DNA of 64,000 bases, taken from NCBI RefSeq assembly GCF_009914755.1, contig NC_060930.1; one strand, given 5' to 3'. Under the pieces are notes generated by a model. That model ran no database searches. It was not told the DNA's origin and was given only the letters and a program-made list of their open reading frames with translations. A program made the position numbers and the translations under genes. Shown piece by piece: positions 50,415-64,000 of this stretch. The DNA is from the human T2T-CHM13v2.0 reference genome, Homo sapiens. Every line of letters begins with the position of its first letter. The first letter of the stretch is position 1.

Positions 50415-53403
50415 TACATGAACAAGGATGTTCACTGACGCCTCTTTGGTGGTGCCAAAAAGCTGGAAATAACCTTAGGGGCTGGGAAATAAGTTCCAGC
50501 ACATCCACGAAATGGTTAAGCAGTGAGAAAAGAAGAGACAAATCTTCTGTGCTGATACAGAAAAATGCCGGAACATATCGTTATACACACATGTAAATTC
50601 CTTTAAAAACCCGAGACGCACCACAGCACATACAGGAAACAGCATTCCTAAAATAGCTGCCCAGGAACATTCTGGGATGATGGGAACCTGACTGTTCATT
50701 GCAGTCAAGCCCGAGAGGACCATCGTCTGGGAGCTCTTACTTCGCATGTTAAGACTTTTTGAATTACTTTTATCATGACAATTTATTTACTTGTGTAGTA
50801 TCAAAACCAAGTATAAATTGTTCAAAAATAAAATAACACACCTCTTTAGATTGCTGTTGGACTAAACGGCCTCCCCTAGGACTTTCAGCCCTCAAGGCTC
50901 TGGTGGCCCGACTTCGGCAAGGGGCTTCCCAGTGGCCCTGAGCGGGAACCCTCTGCAGCCCAGACAGGGTACAGGCCCCATTCCAGCCATCCTCCTCCCA
51001 CAGGACACCCTGAAAACCTGCCCGAGCCCCACTGGTGGCTGTGCTGCTCCTCACCCCCCCTCTGCTGGAGCCATAGGAGCCTCCTCAGGAGCCCTTTCTC
51101 CATTTACTGCACCTCCTCTCCTGCCAAAGAGGCCCTGGAGTGCAGGTGAGGGCATCTTGCCAGCCCCAAAGGTGGCCTCATGCCCTTCCATCCACTGGCA
51201 GTCCCCTCCACAGTCCCCGGGAGCCTCACAGAGCCCTTGTGCTTTGATGCTGACTCAGTTCAGTCTCAACCAAGGGATCGTCCATCTGCCTACCACAGAG
51301 CCAGCCAGCCTGGAGGGATCTGCGCAGATCCCGGGGTCTGTGAGGCGATGGGCAACGCCCTGTGCCCACGTGTGGCTGCTCTCCCAGGGGTGCACCTTCC
51401 TCTGGCCCCACACACCCCTCCCTGTGCACATCAGCCACACTGCTTTCTGAGTTCCATTTCCTCTGTTCTGAGCTGCAGTTGCTAATGCCCTCACTCTGTC
51501 CCACAGGGAAGGGCCGGCGTGAGGGAGGGCCAAAGCCCATTCCTCAGGAGAGCCCGTCACCAGCCTGGCCTGCAGCGGCTTCCCTCCCAGCTCCCAGCTC
51601 CGGCCTCTGATGTGCCCGGCACGGACTAAGCGTGTCACTGTCGCCCCGACTGCCACAGCAACCGCACCACTTACCGAGGAGCCACGCTCACACTCCCCCA
51701 GCCCCCAGGGCCACAGACTAACAGAATAACGTCTTTGGAGGAGACGATGCAGAGGAGTGCTTTCTCCCCTGGGGCCTGCTGGTGTGCGCAGAGCTAATGA
51801 AACCCACCGGCCAGAGGCAGCTGGTAACTCTCTGGCTGTCCTGGGCTGCAGGACTATGGCCACCAGTGGACAGATGGCGGGTGGGAGACAGCCAGCCCTC
51901 TAGAACCCTCTTGACCTGAGCTCTCAGGCTCCTCAAACCATACCCAGGACCCTCTTAGTTCCTCCCATCCTCTGTGCCCCAAGCTGATCCCCCAAAGTCT
52001 GCCCTAGGCAGTGGATCACAGGCCCAGGTGGAGCCCAGGCAAAGGTCTGCAGGGCAGGCCTCGGTGGTGTCTGCAAAGACCTGGCCACATGCATCTCCCA
52101 CCCAAACCGTGGAGCTGAGCTTCGAAGGCAACACTCCCCCAACAGATGTACTGGGAGCTGCCGCAGAGTGGAAAGCCGGCAGGCTGCTCATGTAGAAAGG
52201 GGATAAAAGGGGGCTGAGTCCAGCCCAGACATTGCCCTGAGCGGGGCCTCCCTGGGAAGCAACTCTGGGTGTCACCACTGTCATCGCCCCTAACGGATGG
52301 GAAAACAATCTCCACGCCACAGCTGCTAATGTGCTTCCCGGCCCGGCCACCCTCCACCCTCGTCATCTGTGTTTTTCCACGTCATGGTCCGTTAACCCCT
52401 CGAGGCCCATGGCAGCCCCCTGAGGAGCGAGTGCCCTCAGGCCCTGGACTGAGCAGGTCTGGAGACAGGGGTGTCGTGGTGGGGTGGGGAGGAGCCGATG
52501 TCAGGAGAGTCAGCGCTGAGCACACCTGGAACCAGGAGAGTGGGAAACGTTGCCACCAATGCTGAGTGCCTGCTGTGCACCCCACCATCTCAGGGCCCCA
52601 CTCACTGTGTAAGGTGGGATTTTACTGTCCCTGCTTTATACACAAGTGAGCTACATTTTGCAGATGTTAATAAAGAGGCCTAGGCCACCAGAACCATGAG
52701 CCACAAGTGGGGACTGTGACCACCGGATGCTCCAAGCACAAAGCCCATGGGCACCCAACCCTGCCAGTCACTGCACACGCCTGTTTTATTGGAAGAGGAT
52801 TTGGGTCCCAGTCCAAGAATCCATGGTCCCCTTGGAGCTGTGCTACACGGGCCTCCTTCCTGCAAGGCAGCACCATCCTTCTTCCGGTCCAAGTTTGGTC
52901 AGAAATTCTACGAAACATGAAGTGTTACATCCGCATCACCATTTCACAGACTAGAAAACCCACTGAAGGAGAAACAGAATGACTTGAGCAGAACCATCCA
53001 AGCTCCAGGTGAAGACAGCGTCCCACGAGCCAAGCCAGCATCAAATTTCACTCTGGAATCTCAAGCATGAACCCGACAAACAGCAAGCACAGACCCTGGT
53101 GTCCGGATGGGAGGGGATGCAGGAGGCCCTCGCCAGGAGACTGGGAGGAGAAACACCAGGAGATCCTGGGCTGCCCACATTGGCAGTTCTTAATCCCCAG
53201 CACACGAGGTCAGCCAGATTCCAGACCCCACTAGAGGAAGGGAAAGAGCACTTGGAGAGGACGGCCTTGAACGCTCAGTTCATCACACCAAACTGTTCGT
53301 CAGCCCTGCTCTTCCCACAGAATTAGAGTACAGCAGAATGCATGGGCCACACCCATCGCGAATCCTACCCCCAAGTCCTACCACCCTCCTGGTGCCTACA
53401 CTC

Positions 53404-55690
53404 ATCACATCCATCCCTCCATCCACCCCATCCCTCCATCCACGCCATCCCTCCATCCACCCCATCCCTCCATCCACGCCATCCCCCCATCCATCCCATC
53501 CCTCCATCCACCCCATCCCTCCATCCACGCCATCCCTCCATCCACCCCATCCCTCCATCCACGCCATCCCCCCATCCATCCCATCCCTCCATCCACCCCA
53601 TCCCTCCATCCACCCCATCCCTCCATCCACCCCATCCCTCCATCCACCCCATCCCTCTATCCACCCCATTCCTCTATCTATCCCCATCCCTCCATCCACC
53701 CTATCCTTCCATGCATTCATTCCTCCATCCATCCCATCCCTCCATCCATCCCTTCCCTGCATCCACCCCATTCCTCCATCCACCCCATCCCTCCATCCAG
53801 CCCATCCCTCCATCCACCCCATCCCTCCATCCACCCCATCCTTCCATCCACCCCATCCCTCCATCCACCCCATCCCTCCATCCACCCCATCCCTCCATCC
53901 ACCCCATCCCTCTATCCACCCCATCCCTCTATCCACCCCATTCCTCTATCTATCCCCATGCCTCCATCCACCCCATCCCTCCATCCACCCCATCCCTCTA
54001 TCCACCCCATTCCTCTATCTATCCCCATCCCTCCATCCACCCTATCCTTCCATGCATTCATTCCTCCATCCATCCCATCCCTCCATCCATCCCTTCCCTG
54101 CATCCACCCCATTCCTCCATCCACCCCATCTCTCCATCCAGCCCATCCCTCCATCCACCCCATTCCTCCATCCATACCATCTCTCCATCCACCCCATTCT
54201 GCCATCCATCCCCATCCCTCCATCCACCCTATCCCTCCATCCATTGATCCCCCATCCACCCCATCCCCCCATCCACCCCATCCCCCCAACCACCTCCATC
54301 CCTCCATCCACCCCCATACTCCCATCCACCCCATCCCTCCATCCACCCCATCCCTCCATCCACCGCATCCCTCCATCCACCCCCATCCCTCCATCCACCC
54401 CCATCCCTCCATCCACCCCCATCCCTCCATCCACCCCATCCCTCCATCCACCGCATCCCTCCATCCACCCCCATCCCTCCATCCACCCCCATCCCTCCAT
54501 CCACCCCCATCCCTCCATGCATCCCATCCCTCCATCCACCTCATTCCTCCATCCACCCCATCCCTCCATCCACCCCATCCCTCCATCCACCCCATCCCTC
54601 CATCCACCCCATCCCTCCATCCACCGCATCCCTCCATCCACCCCCATCCCTCCATCCACCCCCATCCCTCCATGCATCCCATCCCTCCATGCATCCCATC
54701 CCTCCATCCACCTCATTCCTCCATCCATCCCCATCCCTCCATCCACCCCATCCCTCCATCCACCCCATCCCTCCATCCACCCCCATCCCTCCATCCATCC
54801 CATCCCTCCATCCACCCTATCCCTCCATCCATTCATCCCTCCATCCATCCCATCCCATCCCTCCATCCCTTCCCTCCATCCACCCCATTACTCCATCCAT
54901 CCCCATCCCTCCATCCACCCCATCCCTCCATCCACCCCATTCCTCCATCCATCCCTATCCCTCCATCCACCCTATCCCTCCATCCATTCATCCCTCCATC
55001 CATCCCATCCCATCCCTCCATCCCTTCCCTCCATCCACCCCATTACTCCATCCATCCCCATCCCTCCATCCACCCCATTCCTCCATCCATCCCCATCCCT
55101 CCATCCGTCCCATTCGTCCATCCATCCCCATCCCTCCATCCACCCCATCCCTCCATCCACCCCATCCCTCCATCCACCCCATCCCTCCATCCACCCCATT
55201 CCTCCATCCATCCCTATCCCTCCATCCACCCTATCCCTCCATCCATTCATCCCTCCATCCATCCCATCCCATCCCTCCATCCCTTCCCTCCATCCACCCC
55301 ATTACTCCATCCATCCCCATCCCTCCATCCACCCCAACCCTCCATCCACCCCATTCCTCCATCCATCCCCATCCCTCCATCCGTCCCATTCGTCCATCCA
55401 TCCCCATCCCTCCATCCGTCCCATTCGTCCATCCATCCCCATCCCTCCATCCACCCTATCCTTCCATCTATTCATCCCTCCATCCATCCCATCCCTCTGT
55501 CCGCCCCATTCCTCAATCCACCCCCATCCCTCCATCCACCCCCATCCCTCCATCCACCCCCATCCCTCCATTCATCCCCATCACTACCACCATCCCATGC
55601 CTCCATCTCCAACCCTATAGCCATCCTCATTCCTACCCTTCTGTCATCTATACCTTCACCCTCCATTCCTCCATCCACCCCCATCCCCAC
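53404..55690. repeat. ~2.3 kb CCATC-based minisatellite (dominant 17-bp unit CATCCCTCCATCCACCC)
   Basis: Continuous CCATC/CCACC/CCCT units with larger duplicated blocks. Confidence 0.97.
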
Positions 55691-57232
55691 TGCCCACTTC
55701 CAAGCCTCACTCGCTGGCATCAGCTCCTGCCTCCCCAGAGTTTCTCTGCTCTGGGTGTTCCTCACACAGGATCCTACCAGGCTACAGCAGATTCTTGCAC
55801 TCCGTGGGGCCTGCACCCTCCGCACTTTTCTGGTGACCTCTCTTCTCCTCACAGCTCCCTCCCGGGGGCTAGTCTGTATCCACTCCCACACCCTGCAGAG
55901 TGTCAGCATCCTGGACCTGCAGGGCAAGGGAGTGTTCTTAGTGCGGCAGCCCCTCCTCCTGAGCCCCCTGCTCACCATCCTCGCAATTCCTGCTTCAGGG
56001 CACTTCCGAATGGCCAGGGCCTGGTCTTCCTGTGAGCTCAGTCACCAGGTGGCTATGTGCCCTTTGACGAGTGACTTAACCCCCCACGAAAGGATGAGGC
56101 TGACAAGCTGCACCCTCACATGTGCCCTGTGCCTGTTTGTTTGGGACATTGTACGACGAGGCTCATCTGATCTTAAACCCCCTGCTTTGCATGCAAACGA
56201 GATTTTCTCAGTGCTCTGGTGCAGCCCCTCCATGTGTGCACAGCTTGGCTATTCTGAGGGAGCTGCCTTTCCTGCCGGCCGCGTGACCTACGCCTGCAGC
56301 TGGGAGAGCTGAGACTGCGTTGCGGTGCTTGGGTACTCTGCCAGCAGAGGGTGGGCCGCAGGCTGGTGGGAGGCTCAGACAAAACTCCAGCTGCACCCTG
56401 CACTTACACGGGCGGCTCTGAGCCTCCTTCAGGACAGCCCTGGGATGGCTTCATGAATGCTGGTACCACAGCCTGCGCTGGGAAGGTCCACCTCCTGAAG
56501 CCGGCTCACGTGGTCTGTGCACTCCGGAATGTCCAGAAGCTCATCTCAGCTGGAGGCATCCCTCATGCCAATGTGATTTGTGTCTGGGTGGAGGACGGTG
56601 TGGAAGTGGAGAAGTCTTGTTTCTGACGTTGTTTTCCTCAACAGCGTAGCAGAAGCTTGTCAGTGGAGAGACACCAGAGGCTGGTGATGCTCAGCTCACA
56701 CATTTTTCTATGGGCCCAAAGCTCTTCGCCAGCACAGAAGCATTTATTCTTCCCAGAGGAAAAATTTCATGCTTCACCACCTAACCCCACTGCAAATAAA
56801 GAGAAGCATTGTCAAAGCTGGGGCCTAGGAACAGTGCTGGGAATATGATTTGGGAGCACAGAGAGCAACAGCCTTGCAGCACTTGGCATGAGCCACACCT
56901 CCTGCGTGGCCAGCAACCTCTCCCTGGCCACTGTGGCAAAGGCCACCCTGCGGCCACGGCTTCAGACGCTGCTTCTGAGTGACCACACTATGTGGCTCTG
57001 CCTTTGTTCTGCTGGTCTGTCTCTGCAGATGGGACAGGGGCTCCCTAGTGAGCCTGAGACCTCATCGAGAGGCCAACCTGCTTGAATCGTGTCCTCTCCT
57101 GTCTTGTCTGCCCACTGGCTACAAAAATCCCATGTCGCATGTGTGGGCTGCTGGGGGTTCCCCTCAGCATCAGACATCCTAAGAGTGGCCGCTTGAGCCT
57201 GGCCCTGCCCTGGACATTCAGGTCAGACGAGG

Positions 57233-57414
57233 CCGGGAGGGCACTGCAAAGGCCCAGTGGCCTCGAGGAAGGTCAGGAGCACCCCTGCTCCACCGGGAGG
57301 GCACTGCAAAGGCCCAGTGGCCTCGAGGAAGGTCAGGAGCACCCCTGCTCCACCGGGAGGGCACTGCAAAGGCCCAGTGGCCTCGAGGAAGGTCAGGAGC
57401 ACCCCTGCTCCACC
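57233..57414. repeat. 60-bp tandem repeat, 3 identical copies
   Basis: CCGGGAGGGCACTGCAAAGGCCCAGTGGCCTCGAGGAAGGTCAGGAGCACCCCTGCTCCA x3. Confidence 0.98.
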
Positions 57415-57424
57415 TGGAGCCTCA

Positions 57425-57815
57425 GTGCCAGATTGGGCAGCATCCCCACAAAGTCCACATCCTTCTCAAACCTCTGAATGGGATCTTACTTGGAAACAAG
57501 CCATTGCAGGTGCCACTGGTTAAGGTGAGGTCTTCCTGGAGTAGGCAGGCCCTTCGTCCAGTAAGATGGTGTCCTTCTAAGAGGAGGAGGAGACACAGGC
57601 GTTCAGGGAGACAGAGGCTGAGAGCAAGTGAGAGGCCACAGCCAGGAACCATGGAGGATCGCCAGCCACACCAGAACAGGGAGACGCACAGAGCCCAACC
57701 CTGCTGGCACCTTGGTCTTGGACCTCTGGCTCCAGGATGGCAGGAGAGCACACTTGCGCGGTGTGAGCCCCTGGTTTGTGGTCCCTCCTTACCACAGCCT
57801 TGGGATGTTCATACT
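57425..57815 (+). mobile_element. MLT1B/C-like MaLR LTR
   Basis: AACCTCTGAATGGGATCTTACTTGGAAACAAG...TTAAGGTGAGGTC...GGTGTCCTTCTAAGAGGAG...CCCTGCTGGCACCTTGGTCTTGGACCTCTGGCTCCAG. Confidence 0.8.
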
Positions 57816-58212
57816 GGAGACACCTGAGAACTGCTTCCAATTTCACAGCCTCTGTTCGCCCATGGAGGAGCCCCCAGCTGTGGCCATGGTTCTGCCTCAT
57901 GTGGGGCTACTTGTCTGGGAGATTTCCCTCTGCAGAGTGGCCCATGGTGGACACCAGAGAGAGATGAGGCTCCTAATGAGACCTGTGGCAAATCTGAATA
58001 CTGTTTTCTGCAGTTTTGCAGGGTTTTGTTGGGTGTTTAGCAGCTTAGGGCTGCAGCAGGGTGGCGTGGAGTGAGGCGTCTGCGGAGTCTGGTCACCCTG
58101 GTCTCAGTCCTTCATCTTTAAGATTCAATCTGGGTCTACTGCGTGCTTGCTGTGTGACTTTCCACAACTGGCTCAAACTCCCTGAGCCTCAATTTTATGA
58201 TATTCACTTTAA

Positions 58213-62760
<4,548 letters not shown>

Positions 62761-62784
62761 CCTCAATTCTCTGTCTAATTCTGG

Positions 62785-62960
62785 GTCCTTGGCCATTCCC
62801 ACCTCAGTTAACAGAAAATGCCAAGACATACCACTTGCTGGTGTCCAAACCCAAGATGAGCCCAGAATTTTTCTTCGCCTCACATTCCACACAGAATCCC
62901 TGAGCAGTCTTGCAAGCTCTGGCTTCAGGAGTGGTCCCAGCCCCGCCACGCCTGTGCCAT
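62785..62960 (+). mobile_element. L2 fragment
   Basis: TTCCCACCTCAGTTAACAG...CTCACATTCCACACAGAATCCCTGAGCAGTCTTG. Confidence 0.45.
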
Positions 62961-63337
62961 GCTGCCAGGCCAGCAGCCTTCCCACGTGCCTTCCCGCCTA
63001 CCCTGCGCTCCACCTGCAGCACAACCATGCAAACACAAATCAGAGAACACTCACTCTTGGAGCCCAGAGCCACCCGTCAGAAGCGCAGCCTCCTTGGCCT
63101 CACGGGGAGCCACCCACAGTCAACGGCCCACGAAGCCTGCATGTGAGTCACTGCAGGGTGCAGGCAGCCCCGGGCCCTCCACGACAGGGATGTTCCCAGA
63201 TGCAGCTGAGCAGGGGCAAACCACCCCCCGCCATTCCACATCCAGACTTCTGACTCAGAACCCATAGTGGTTGTTTTTTGAAAAACGAAGCAAAGCTGTA
63301 AATTGGGTCACATTATACTCTGCTTAAAACCCTATAC

Positions 63338-63590
63338 TAACAGTCTGGCAGTTCCTCAAAAGCTAAATGTAGAATAACTATATGACCCAGAAATTCAACT
63401 TGCAAATATAGAACCACGAGAAATGAGAATGTAGACCACACAAAACCTTGCATGCAGATGCCTGTGGCAGTGTCGCCTATCACAGCCATAAGGTGCCAAC
63501 AACCCAAATGCCCATCAACTCAGGAACAGAGAAACAAAACCTGGTCCATCCAGACAATAGAGTATTATTTGGTAATAAACAGAAATGAGT
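63338..63590 (+). mobile_element. Old L1M fragment
   Basis: AACAGTCTGGCAGTTCCTCAAAAGCTAAATGTAGAATAACTATATGACCCAG...CAACCCAAATGCCCATCAAC. Confidence 0.85.
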
Positions 63591-64000
63591 GCTGGTGGAG
63601 CGAGGAGGAGGCAAAGCAGGGGCACAGAGCGCCCAGGGACGTGTGGCCACTGTCGGGACTGTTTGGTGCCACAGGATGGCTGGGCTGGGGCTTGGCCTGC
63701 AGGATGGGCTGGAAATGCTCTTAATTCCTCGGAAGCTAAGAGACACCTGAGAAGGAGGGACAGCCTGGGCCTGGGAGCCGGGTGGACATAGGAAAAGGCT
63801 TTTAGTTTTTCAAAAACTGAGCAATAAAAGACTTGGACTTGTTTTTTAAAAATTTGTAGAAGAGATAAGAACAAAAAATCTAGAAACTGGAAAAAATTTC
63901 AAGTTGATGAGGCCTTGACTCAATAATGACCTTGTATCTATGATTTGCTTTCTCATTCACTCATTCACTCATTCAGTGAATATTCAAGAAACCCACACTG

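Noticed and set aside
53338-56312. Very long ORFs (760, 784, 448 aa; Pro/His/Ser-rich)
   Set aside because: Translations of the CCATC minisatellite, open in several frames on both strands

Overview
Primate (very likely human) genomic DNA with no recognisable protein-coding gene. The first ~6 kb is AT-rich; most of the rest is GC-rich and very dense in tandem repeats, which looks like a distal/subtelomeric chromosome band. Main contents: (1) a ~3 kb diverged array of ~35-bp hairpin-like units (1.9-5.0 kb); (2) a CpG island (~10.6-11.7 kb) directly followed by a 35-bp VNTR carrying 7 perfect CRE palindromes (TGACGTCA), with candidate + strand exons downstream (possible lncRNA); (3) about 20 minisatellites, local duplications or simple-sequence tracts; (4) many old interspersed repeats (MIR, L2, MaLR, MER4-group and LTR47-like LTRs, MER20/MER58/MER5, a near full-length Tigger1, old L1M); (5) a tail-less internal L1PA ORF2 fragment inserted with a target-site duplication, and a 176-bp locally templated duplication nearby. 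I saw no Alu element in 64 kb. Nearly all long ORFs in the track are artefacts of simple or tandem repeats. Repeat subfamily names come from recall of consensus sequences, not from a database search; boundaries of old repeats are approximate.
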